64,000 nt of DNA, taken from the NCBI GenBank assembly GCA_015680685.1, contig MNCI01002098.1:776396-840395 (forward strand). Reading direction: 5' to 3'. The number at the start of each line of letters is the position of its first letter. Position 1 is the stretch's first letter. The notes under the pieces are model-generated. The model saw only the letters and a program-made list of their open reading frames with translations. It did no database searches and was not told the DNA's origin. The DNA is from Gnetum montanum. Lineage: Eukaryota > Plantae > Gnetophyta. Shown in pieces: positions 38,614 to 51,200 of this stretch. Position numbers and translations under genes: made by a program.

Positions 38614-38679
38614 CTTTGTAGAAAGTGTATGAATTATTTTAAGTAGCTTTGTAGAAAGTGTATGAATTATTTTAAGTAG
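38614..38679. repeat. Perfect 33-bp tandem duplication
   Basis: ctttgtagaaagtgtatgaattattttaagtag x2. Confidence 0.9.
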
Positions 38680-39501
38680 CGCCTCTAAGGTACAGATAGT
38701 CCTCTGAGTTATGCCTCTTAAAAGACTTAATGAAGAATAAAGAAAAATTTTTAAGTATAAGCTGAGTACAAAACCTTGTAATTTAAATAGAAGTGGTGAT
38801 TGATCACATAAGGGTATCTCCTTCATACAACTTCTGCCTCCGGTTTATGTTGTGCACAATTACCCAGCTATTTTGACCCATGTACTTTTCCAAAAACACT
38901 TATTAATGTTATATAAGCTTTGCTTCCAAGGCATACTGACGTGCTTCCAACTAAATGGATGATCTTTCTTCCAACTAAAATTATGATGATCTTTTCAATC
39001 CGTGAAGCACGGATGATGGTGCCTTCAAACATGAGACCAACTGCCATTCCAGTGGTTTGGTATCACAGGTTAAGTTAGCTAAATTTGTCGCTTTGCAAGT
39101 GAGAACATACCCTGATAATCTGATATCCATGCTCCAACGTTCTTGGTAGCCAATAGCAACTGCTTTGAAAGCGTTAATTTAACTCTAAACTGAAGGTGTA
39201 AACATCAGGAAACATAGAAACACAAAGATTGATTCACACAACAAATAATGTAGAATTAAGAAATACCGAACAGAAATGAATTGAAGTGATTTCTTATTGT
39301 TGCAATACTGAACTGGAAGGAACCGACCCTTCTGTTTTTCAGTTATCCTGCATTTTTTATTAAGAATACTTGATTGCCTGATAACTGAACGTAACCCTTG
39401 TAGATGTGACCGTCCTAAATCCAGTATCTCCTACGGTCTTTATTTTGATGATTTTGTTGAGACAAAGTTAATATAATAAGAAAGTGAAACGTGGCTGCTC
39501 C

Positions 39502-39586
39502 GTTGCCAAGCATACGAATCCTGATTTTTGAACTCTGATTGCCAAGCATCTTACACGAATCCTGATTTTTGAACTCTGATTGCCAA
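39502..39586. repeat. Tandem duplication (~36-41 bp) upstream of the GH1 gene
   Basis: ttgccaagcat...acgaatcctgatttttgaactctga x2. Confidence 0.85.
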
Positions 39587-39721
39587 TTGGCCATTTCCTT
39601 TACAGAAGGAACACATCTTATTGCATTGCACATATCCTAATGCAACGAAATATATTTCACGGCATGGCACCTTCTTCGCAATCAAATATGATCGGCGACA
39701 TCACTGCTGTGGTTTTAAAAA

Positions 39722-39741
39722 CTATATATATATATATAAAT
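39722..39741 (+). promoter_or_regulatory. Candidate TATA box / (TA)n tract of the GH1 gene
   Basis: ctatatatatatatataaat lies ~265-280 bp upstream of the ATG at 40004. Confidence 0.4.
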
Positions 39742-41076
39742 CTGGAACCGTGCCAAACAAAGCACGCTCAAGATTGAAGAACAACCGAAAAAAGGAAAAG
39801 CGGTGACCGACTTCGTGGCACGAACATTTTTGTTTTTTATGGCAGCAGTGGGTTCTGACTGAATCAGAGATTCGCTGAAGTAGCAAGAAATTCTCATAAA
39901 ATAAGAGGCGTGTTGATACCCTTGCGCAACCTAACACCAGAGCTGAGGAGCTGCTCTCAGTTGTTGTGGTGGGAGAAGACAAGAATTATCGTCTGCAGCA
40001 GCCATGACGTCGAGGAATTTTCATGGCTTATTTTTATCTCTAATTGGTGGAGATGCTGAAATGCTGCACAGAGATCAGTTTCCTCCCAATTTTGTGTTTG
40101 GAGTTAGTACCTCTGCTTACCAGGTATAGTGCTGTTGTCGCTGCCTTTCGTTTATCCCTCATTTTCTCCTTATTTTATAAATCTATATGTAGATCTGTTT
40201 TCTGTTTTCATGGTATCATTTCTGTGATATTTGATTTCTTTTTTCAGTCTGAAGGAGAATCTCAGCGTAGCTCTGATTTTTGGTTTTCATGGCTTCATTT
40301 CTGTAATATTTGATTTTTTCAGTACGAAGGAGCAGCAAATGAAGATGGTAAAGGGCAAGGAATTTGGGACACCTTTGCACATCAAGGTCAGCATAAAAGA
40401 GCAATGCCCGATGCAGGGATATTAAGTCTTTCAAATGCTTAAGTGTAAATGCACACAGGAGTTTCACGATTATAGATATATGCCCCGACTATGAAACTTT
40501 AACTTTAGATGGAAAAACCAATAACATTTTGGTTTTTGGATGCTTGCAGGTAATGTGGTTGATGGCAGCTCAGGTGACGTTTCATCTGATGGGTATCACA
40601 AATTCAAGGTCTCTGATATTGATCTTCCTTTTACACTGTATATTAACTTGATATAGATTGTTCTGTTAGTGGGTTTGTTTCTGCTAACTGAAAATTAAGA
40701 GTTTTTCCCGGTCATATTTATTGGGTTGCAGGAGGATGTGCAACATCTCTCTTGAATTGGATTCGACGCCTTTCGTTTCTCAATTTCATGGTCACGCCTT
40801 GTTCCAGAAATAAGCACTGCCTTCATATTCTCATCTTTTGTTTCAAAATACTGACTAAACCTTAATATTTAGCTCTGAAATTTTTTCATGTGTTTTTAAC
40901 CCAATCTCTGGAAGTTCCACTGAAATAGGAAATTTGCATGTTGGTATGCAGATGGACGTGGAGCGGTGAATTCAAAAGGTTTAGAATTTTATAACAATCT
41001 CATAAGCGAATTGCTGGATAAAGGTAATTTTTATCTGTAATTTAACGAAACCAAAAATGGATCTGTAAATAATTAA

Positions 41077-41184
<108 letters not shown>

Positions 41185-41718
41185 TAAGTAAAAATTCTGA
41201 ATGCTTTCAAACCCCTGTTTCTTTGAGTTATATATAAATTGATTGTGCCAACGTTACAGTATTGGTGTACAGAGAGGATTTCTTAGCATTTTCAGAGATC
41301 TGTTTCAGAGAATTTGGGGACAGAGTGAAGAATGGATAACAATTAATGAACCTAATGCATTAGCAGAAATGGGCTACAGCGAAGGCGCATAATAGCTGCA
41401 AAGCGATGCTCCATTCCAGAAAAGCATTGCACTGCAGGAAATTCCACCACAGAGCCCTACTTGGCTCTTCACAACATGCTGCTTGCCCATTCTGCAGTTG
41501 TCAAACTCTACAGAGACAAATTTCAGGTCCAGATTCTACCTAAGATCTTTTATAAAATGAGTCTGTTGTATGTAAGGCTAGAAATACAAAAGGTTGTCTC
41601 CATCTTTGCTAACTAGATTTGATGTCATTTAGGCATTTAGCTGAACGAAGGAAAAATAATTCTTCCATGATACCATCAAATTTGATTTGGTTCTGCTAGT
41701 TAAAACCTATGTTGCCAG

Positions 41719-41893
41719 AAACGCAACGGATTCACAACGTTTCGCGTTTTTCGTTGTGGAAACGGGATCCCATTTCAAAACGCCGCAACGGATTCACAAC
41801 GTTTCGCGTTTTTCGTTGTGGAAACGGGATCCCGTTTCAAAACGCCGCAACGGATTTACAACGTTTCGCGTTTTTCGTTGCGGAAACGGGATC
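41719..41893. repeat. ~63-bp tandem repeat (about 3 units), subterminal to the hAT element
   Basis: cgcaacggatt(c/t)acaacgtttcgcgtttttcgttg(t/c)ggaaacgggatc x3. Confidence 0.92.
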
Positions 41894-42926
41894 AGCTGCT
41901 TCTCATGAACAGTAACCATCACTTGTTGGGCAAAACGTTTCTGGGCAGACTGAAACGTTTCTTTCACGTTTCATTGCGTTTTTGACAGGTTTCATTTCCT
42001 TTTATTTTATTTTTTGATTTTACTCTGAACAACTGCATGTGTCACGAACTAAATTCAGGAAACGTGTAAATACACTTAGACTATATATCTGGAAGCTTAT
42101 CTAATTATTTAAAGGTTGCACACCTCAATATAATTAATGTTTTTGTCAGCTTTTCCTTAAACAGGATTATGTTCGATTAGAAGAATATGTTCGGCCTCAG
42201 TGACGTGAGTCGTTTAATTTTGAAATTGATGTTTTTAATTATGTTCATTGAAACCTTTGAAACCTTTGAGACCTTTTAGATTTAGCAGACCAGTTTAAAA
42301 TTCCTTCAATTTTTCTTTTAATAAGTCGGTCCTGTCTCAATTTTAACATCCAGATTGACCTTTTCCTGACCCTGTTTTTCGTCCTGCAACACGGGAAACT
42401 TCCCTTACAATTTTGCAAACTCGGAACTGCGCCCCAAGTATATTTTAATGATTAAAGTGCTAAAACTGAAGTTCTTACTTAGGAAATTAACATCTAAAAC
42501 AAATCATACGATATTATGATGGACAATTTTTTTAAAAAGTAAAGCCCTCATCAGTATATGACTGAAATATGAAATTATAAATGATTAAAGTTCCTAAAAG
42601 AAAGGAATTAGGATTTCCTTCCCTGGTATCACGGCAACCGAAGAAGTGGTTAAGACGCAAAATTATGACGTTTCGCCTGTGTTTTGCTTACAATAAACCA
42701 CGTAGTTGGGTTTTGTATTACACGACTGAATATTTTACAGTGCCTTCCTGAATTTTATCAATTTCTGAATATGAAGTTTTTGTGCTTCCAGATCGACACC
42801 ATCAACTGATAAAGATTAAAACATCAAATCAGCGTAACGAAAACGCAAATGCAGAAAATTTCACATGTATTTCACACCCACAAATGGAAACTTCCGACGG
42901 CAATCGAATTACCAAAGTCCACGCCT

Positions 42927-43105
42927 AAATTGACCAAAATTGTTCTTAATATATATTTTTGTTTTTTTATTAATTTTTTTTCAAAAATATTTATTTTTAA
43001 AATAAATTATTTTATAAATTGACCAAAATTGTTCTTAATATATTTTTTTGTTTTTTTATTAATTTTTTTTCAAAAAATATTTATTTTTTAAATAAATTAT
43101 TTTAC
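42927..43105. repeat. ~90-bp AT-rich tandem duplication inside the hAT element
   Basis: taaattgaccaaaattgttcttaatata...taaattatttta x2. Confidence 0.85.
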
Positions 43106-45402
43106 AACTTATGGGTAATTGTTCTTAGATACCAATAAATAAAAATATTGTAAATTTTTGTATATAAAAATCATTATATTGTATTGCATTTTAAATTGTT
43201 GTTCTATGAACAAAGAAATATACACATAATTTTATTAAAATATAAAAATTGCTAAAGTTACTAACGTTCTATATTTAAAGCCGGTTTCTTTTTTCGCAAC
43301 CTGATTTTTTGCCGTTTCCGTTGCGTTCTTTTTTCGCAACCTGATTTTTTGCCGTTACGTTGTGCCCTTTCCCGTTTCCGGCAACTATGGTTAAAACTAT
43401 TATGATTTGTTGTTACCGATATTTAATCCTATTTTGTTTTGATTTATTTTACTGCTCATATACTGAATGTCTTCAATTTTCATAAACTCTGACCCCACTA
43501 CGCGTTTCCGTGCCAATTGGCAAAAAATTTTCAGAACTCAGAAAATCTAGGTTTAGAGTATATTACCAACCAAGATCAAATGCGTGGGCTTGCAGAAATC
43601 TCAAAAGGGTTCCATTGGAATATCCATTTTGGCATACTGGTACTGACCTCTGACTAACAGCACGACAGATATCTTGGCCTGGCAGAGAGCCGTGGACTTC
43701 AATATTGGGTGGTAAGTGAAAATTTATATAATAATGATATAAATACAGCAAATAATCAAACAAAAGATTAGTTAGTTATTCTTTATTTTTCTGACTTTGA
43801 ATGTTTCTACAGGGTTTTGGAACCTCTGCTATATGAGCAGTATCCCAGAATCATGCAAGAAATCGTTGGTCGTCGTCTGCCCATATTCACAGAGTCTCAG
43901 AAAAGGGATCTTAAAAACTCATTTGATTTTCTCGGGTTAAATCACTATTCTACGGTCTATATCTATGACCGGCCAAAGGTTTCCAAAACAACTGGCTACT
44001 ATGATGACACGGGAGTGCTTGCAAAAGGTCAGCAATTTTCCTGTAACCCACTACCTTTTTCCTTTGAATTTCATCTCTGTCCAGATCGAATCTGAATATT
44101 CTTCTTCTGTGATGAAATTATGCCGGAATGGATCCATATGGCTGCAGCAAAGGACTCCTCGTCAACTGTATAGGAGGTTTGAACAAATTATTAAGATTTT
44201 ATGAGTTAATTCAAATGATCTGTGACAATGTTTAATATGGTAAATTTTCTCTGTTTTTACAGAGCATGGGGTCGGCTCAGTGCCATTAGGATTTGAGCAT
44301 TTGCTTTTACATATGAAGGCACATTACGGGAATCCACCAGTGCTGGTAACAGAGTGTGGTGAGTAAATTTGATGGGAGAAAATAAGTTCATAACCATCGC
44401 TCATACAGCAGTGAAGTGTACCTTCTCGGTTAAAACTTGTTACTTGACCAGCTATAAAGTTTCATTTTAACCAAATTATGCTCTTATGGAAACTATCAAT
44501 GAAATATTTCATTAAGCATCCTTTAGGGGTTCTACTGCTTTTAAAAACTAAATTTAAGGGGATTCTTGTAACTGTTTTACTATATAATATCACTCAGAGC
44601 TTCAATGCTCAAACCACCAAATACCAGTAAGCAGGTTACCCAACCTGCAATGCTCATCCTGTCAATCACGTTAGAAGGTTGGTAAATGAGTGAGCCTTTT
44701 GAAGTAAATGCATACAGGCTAAAACCTCTTCACCTCAAACACTTTACCACTTCAAATGATGATTTACTGTGGTGTAAAATTTTTCTACGGATTTTATTTC
44801 TTCACTGTACTGTTTTGCAGGCTATCCAGAAACCAATGTAAAAGAGCAGCCATTGTTCAAAGCACTGAATGACTCAGTTAGAGTATCATATTTCCGTGAC
44901 TGCACAATGCCATCAGGTGCATACTTATTTGGATTCCTGTTTCGTTGGATTCCTTGTCGAAGATTATGAATTGAGTTCTGTGAGCTTTGATGATTATATT
45001 TTGTAATTTTATTGTCTGTCACATTCGATTCTGGTCTGAAATTCCAATTGCTTATTGGAAATACAGCAATGGATCAGATGTAAGGGGATTCTTTGCATGG
45101 ACTCTGGTAGATGGCTTTGAATATGCTATGGGGTATTCAATGCGTTTTGGAATCTATTATGCGGACAAGGATTTGCAGAGATATCCTAAAAAGTCCGCAA
45201 GATGGTTCCTACGTTTGCTTAAGCCTGGGGAACATGCGGTCATCGTCACTGGCATCATATTGATTTCACCAACATTTCGCTTTTCTACAACAACAATTAT
45301 GCACGTCGTGGTGGTGGTTTTGCATTAGGATATTTATTTCTTTCGTGTGTCGGTGTCAATAAGATATGTCTAGATTTTTGGTATCAATATGATAGAGTTT
45401 TA

Positions 45403-46977
45403 TGTTGAGGCCTCACTTCCTATCGAATCCTTGAAAAAGTTGTTGATGCGTAAATTGTGAACACTTGTGAACACTTGTGAAAACTCGTTTTAAGAGGCCC
45501 AGGGCGAAAGGGCAATGGGCAATGTGACAAAACAATGATTTAATATTTAAATACTTCAACTTAATTTAATATTAGAAGCTTAAAACAATTTGTACAATTT
45601 ATAAAATAATAATTGTCGTCCTGGACGTAGCAGCAGGGCGAGGATCTGCGTGTTGCAGCTAGGCAAGGTCTATGTGCAGCCGTGGGAAGAAGACTGCAAG
45701 CTGCCGACGCCACGAGGAATGCAAGCACTCGAGCCGCTGGAAATGCAAGTGCGCGTACCACTGCAGGAGAAGGATGCGCAGCGGCGGCGGTGAAAAAACC
45801 AGTAGCGGGGCGGGTGGAGGAAACCAGCAGCGGCAGAAATCGGCAACGCGGTGATCCGAAACAGCGACGGCCTTGAAAACAGCAATGGCCAGAAAACAGC
45901 AACGTAGGCAGCAACGCGGACAGCAGGCGATGCTGCAGCGGCAGGGTAGCTGGCTATAAAAAGCGGCAGCAAAGGAACATCATTGCTGGTCCTCCCTTTC
46001 TCCTGACAGCAGCGGTGCGTGGCTCTCTAAGGCGGAACGGCTTCAGTGGCAGGCGGAACGGCGGCGGGAATGGTGCGGGATTGCTCCCTCTCTCAGGGCA
46101 ACCGACGAGCGGCGCGTAGCGGCGAGAGGCGACGCGTGGTCGGACAGTGGGACGTGCAGACAACAGCACAGCGCGGCTAGTGACAAACGTGGCAGACAGC
46201 AGTAGCATGCATCTGAAATTGGAGGCGGCCGCAGCGGAGAGCCAAGGCACAGCAGTGCGGGGACGCGACAGGAGGCAGCGCAGGATTGGTGACGCGGCAG
46301 GGGCTGAACAGCAGCGCGGCAGCGGGAAACAGAAAACGGCAGGCGCGGCAACGCCGTGGCGCGGCAGGATCAGGGACAGTGACGCGCAGGCACGGTGCAG
46401 CAGGCAGAGGAACAGAGCGCGCAGGCGGCGCGGAACAGATGGCGGCGCGGGTGGCGTCCGAACAGTTGATGGCGCGGACGACGGCTGGCAGCGGAGGGGA
46501 AAAAGGAAACAGTGGCTGACGAACAGATTGTGCAGACGCGGGCGGCGGCTGCAGAAAGAAAAGCAACGGCGTCAGGCAGCGCAGGGCGATGGTGCAGCAG
46601 CGGTAGAAAAAAAGAAAAGATGGCACTGCGGGCGGCGGCGGACAGGAACCAGCGGCTGCGCGGATGGCGGCGGATAGATGGCTGACGGAGGAAAAGAAAC
46701 AGAGGGTGACGCGGGCGAACAGACGAACAGATCCTCAAAACCTGCCAGAGGTGCCCCCTTCAAATCTCCTCCTTTCTCCCTTTATAGCGGCTGCGGCTGC
46801 CGAAGAAAAGAAACGAGAAACCTAACCCTAATTGCTGTCACCCACATAAAAATAAAACCCAAGCCCAAGAGAATAAGCTTTAAGTTTAAATTTTATTTTA
46901 TTTTTATTATATATATTTTAATTTTAACTGGTTCAAGAAGGCCCCATGCTTAGCATGGGTGAAAGTTGGCCTCAACA
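45403..46977. mobile_element. CpG-rich 1.6-kb element with 10-bp inverted termini (solo LTR-like or TIR element)
   Basis: TGTTGAGGCC...GGCCTCAACA. Very GC-rich core ~45620-46800; hairpin cccatgcttagcatggg at ~46943-46959. No perfect TSD. Confidence 0.55.
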
Positions 46978-48249
46978 AAAGTTTTTTAGAAGGAAATAAC
47001 AGAGAACTATAGGATGAAATACAAGACTTCAAAGTGCATGCTGAGAAATATTGTTTAACATGAACGTATATTTTTTACCAGCAAAATTTATGCTTGATAT
47101 TACAAGCCTACAAGTTTACATCCATGTCAACGCTTTTTTGATCCATGGAATAGAATTCAATTTCCATGATTTCATTTCTCTTTATTGGAATCTCTTTATT
47201 ATATGTGCAAAATAAAATCGGGTATTGTTGGTAAACAAGTTTATTTTGGCTTGTTTTGGTATTTATGAGGATCATTAGTGCATAAGCCTATTTAAATGTC
47301 TTGAGCAATTGTAATGCTAATGAAAGTTGCAATTAATTTGAAAGCGAAGTAAAGTGGTTACACTAGCTTCATACAAATTCTATGTAAAGTAGTAAAGAGC
47401 AATGCACATTTGGATTATACGTAGAGGGTAGAAGATAGAAACAAAAATTTTATCTAGATGTATGTAGAGTTGGTAGTAGAGAGCAATATGCATATAGATT
47501 CTTTCTCCATGAAATAGTAGAGGAGAAGGATGTAGTTTTTATATAAAGGTGGTAGCAAAGGATAAAGAAGTGTTTTTCTTACTATCCTTTTTTAATTACT
47601 TGAGCCTTGAATATGGAATTTAAGTAAAAGATTTGCTCCAATTTTTTGAGGTAGAATTATCAACATTAGACACTTCTTTGATAATGATTTCAAGACTTAT
47701 CAAGAACATATCAAATCTTTGTATAAGTATTTTTTTTGTTTATGATATAAGCCTCTCAAGTTCTCTAGATAATGTAATAAAGAATTTTCATTTCCATTTC
47801 TATTTTCAAATTATATTCAGAATTTTAAAGGAGTTGTCCAAACTAAAACTAGAATATATAGGTATTTAGGTTTTTTTTTTTTTTTTATCTTTGAGAGATA
47901 TAGAAAATACAATCCTTTGTTAGTAGTGTTAGAAAGGTAACTTGAATTTATAAATTAATACATACAAAGAAACAAGTTTACTAGTCAAAATATATTGAGG
48001 TTTTTAAGGTAAATTCATTTTTAACTAGAATTATACTCATATGAAATGTTTTAATGAACTAAAATTTGGAGAAAACAAACATCATAGCTCTAATTTTGAT
48101 AAACCAATGATCAAATCTGGTGTTTTTGAATATTTTAAATGCATTAGTAGGATCAAATTCTTGATAGGACATCATCTTAAGGCACCTCCTTAAGATGTTT
48201 TATAAAATATTTAGTTTTAATTAAACTAGCAGATGACAAAAAGTGTGGG

Positions 48250-51200
48250 AGGGTATGTGAATAGTCTTCAATCGACTATGTTGACATAACAATGTTGACT
48301 TAGGATCCATTATATTGGCATAGAGGCAATAAACACCTATATAAATGCATACATTAACTACATTTATGGCACCTTTTGGTCGATAACTTAGTCAAACTCT
48401 TGTAGTTTTTTCCATAGAAGATAGAATTTGTTAGCAAGCACCTACAATATGGTGTAAAGTACTTGTCTAGAATCTTTCTTTTGAGTGCCGTGCACTTGAA
48501 CACATTGCATAATGGTTATAAAGATTGAGACTATTTTATTCTATCACAACACTTTAACATAGCTTAGAATTTATCTTATTGCTATTTAATTTCTAATAAA
48601 TATTAACCTAATATTTACATTTCCTTGCATATTAATGAGTTGGCAGAATGAGTATAACCATTTTTGAGTATAAACATGTATTCTCTTAGTAAGCCTAGCA
48701 ATGTTATTGCTTGGTTTCAATTAGTAGCCTAATGCTTGGAAGTTTTAGTAGTGGATACATGTGTTCAAGACTTGTACAACAAACTAGGAATCAAACACTC
48801 ATCACCCTTCAACTAGACTAGTATATATCATTGCCCTTAGCTTAGATATTTTAGATTTTAATATTATTTTATTATGGCCCAAACAATATCAACATGATAT
48901 GCCTCAATTAACTTAGCCATACACACTAGGGTCATACAAGTGTAATTGGAAAGACAACGACTCGTGATCGAACACTTAGCTATCTAGTTGCTACATTAGT
49001 CTAGTCTATGAATTATGATTAGGTTGCTTGCATACGCTCATGATTTATATAGTTTGGCATTAGAACTTCTTTACCACTCATTATTGGCATCATTTCTAAG
49101 AATGAATGCTAATGATCTATAGTTAGAATTTTTTACAATCGTTGTTAGGACTCAAATATTTATCATTCAAAAAATAATATTATTTTATTCAAATGCACAC
49201 ATAATAATTAAAAATGTCTTCTTCTTGCAAAGCCAATTTTCCACTTGTTAAAGATTCTACAAGGGGACATGACAAAACAACTAAGAATACAAATGATGTG
49301 CCATATCAAGTTAATATTTTCTACCAACATCTAAATCCCTACTATTCAGACTTCATCTTCATCCTTTACTAGGATGACTAGATGTGATGGATAGACTTGG
49401 AGGGTAACATTATGTGTCCATCTAACCCCTCAACTCCATCAATGCTCATGATAGTGTTACCCATGACAATAGGGTGGCTGATGAGATGTCACAAATATCA
49501 TCCCACTAAGACCTAGCTATGGAAAGATCATTTCAAGGAGGCATGTCTGAACCTACTAAGGGAAAGAGGGCAACCATCCCATTGTCATCATAGTCTAAAA
49601 AAAGAAGATAAATTATCATTCATGAAAATCTAATAATTACAATCCTCCCCTCCGTCAATGTGGATAATATGGAAAACCTATGGCTATGTTTAGCCTTAGT
49701 AAGTAACTAAGGGAAAGAAAGAGCATGACATAATACAGGAAGGACCTCCAAGCCTAGGTCTTCAACTAGGCCATCAAATGATAACCAAATGAATCATGAG
49801 AAAGGAGCAAGCTAGTATAGCTCTTTCAATTTTCCATCATTCTCATCATTATCATTGTCAAGCTCTGACAAGGATGAGCATGTTTAAGGAAAGAGGGATA
49901 ATGGCAAATGATCCAGTGAAGATGACAAAAGAGACCATCATAGAGATGAATAAAGAGATAATGGACATGACAAGGAAACAAGGCACAAACATGAGAGAAG
50001 GAATAACAAGCAACATGATAGGGAACATGGTCATAATAGGGATAATGATGAACAAGGTAATTATGATGAACCCCTACGTGTTATAAGGAGTATGGTCAAT
50101 ATTAGAGATGTTGTGTACATACCAACTAGACATCAAAGGGATAGTTGAATCAAATAGCTAGACATGAACAATATCCCTAAGTTTGAAGGAGGTTATAACG
50201 CTAATCAACATCATCTTTTGCAAGTATTCCACAATTCCTACATCTTTAGAACATAGAAAATGAAAAAAAAAGTTGAAGCTATTCCTAAGAACACATGTCA
50301 AGAAAGCTAAAAGTTGGTGCTAGTCCTTGGAATCAAAATCTACCATGCAATGGAGTACAATGGTGGAGTTGTTTAATAACAAGGATCACACATACTTCAG
50401 GGTGTCCAACTTGAGGAAGCATATTCAAAGATAGAAATAGAACAACCATAAATCCCTTGATGTGGCCCTAAGTAGTTTATCTACTACATAAGTGTCTAGT
50501 CCATGACTTCTCTCAAAGAAAATAACTAAGGCATATCATAAATGGGCTCCAAAATAAAACTAGAGAAACCCTTGGGGTCTATACTCAAAGAAGATTTTTA
50601 AAGATGTGAGCGTATCATATTCAAAGGCTTATTAATCAAATAGCAAAAGAGAAGGATAAACTCAAGAAATGGAAGAGCATTAAAGAGTACAATAGGGATT
50701 CATCTATCCATAAAAAGGAGGTTCATCTTTGTGAACTAGAAGAGAAGGCACCATTAGAAGAGATGATCTAGTAGGAAATTTTACCAATCCAAAAATCTAT
50801 AGGATTATATTGATGAGATGTTTTTGATAGCATTAAAGATAATTGATCAGAAAATAAAATAGGTACAAGCTAAGGAAAATGATATGAAAGAAAAAAAAGA
50901 CACATGAAGGGATTGCTATTAGCATAAGGGAAAATAACTGTAGTAGAGAAGATGGAAGACTCTAATTTTGATGAGAATGATTATGACATTTGTTAATATG
51001 AACATCCAAAGGATTGCTGTCTAGTTATGTAACACCTTTAGGAGTTTGGTGTTTATACTTTGAATCCAAAATTTGTTAATAGGCAAACACCCATAAGGAA
51101 ACTATTAGTAGCTCTATTACCAACAACATTATTATTTTGGTGGGGCTTTGCCATAATCTCAAGAGTATTATTAATAATAGTGGAAAACCCCACAATTGTG

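Larger units (their letters stand above)
41707..43389. mobile_element. Non-autonomous hAT-type DNA transposon in GH1 intron 7
   Basis: Perfect 8-bp TSD GTTAAAAC (41699-41706, 43390-43397). Imperfect TIRs ctatgttgccagaaacg / cgtttccggcaactatg. Subterminal AAACG(G) repeats; no transposase ORF. Confidence 0.88.

Noticed and set aside
41719-41893. Regular repeats resembling a CRISPR array (also 36498-36615)
   Set aside because: Head-to-tail units without unique spacers, in eukaryotic DNA with no cas genes.
45561-46953. Many overlapping Ala/Arg/Pro-rich ORFs on both strands
   Set aside because: Expected from stop-codon scarcity in GC-rich low-complexity DNA; no domain is recognisable.
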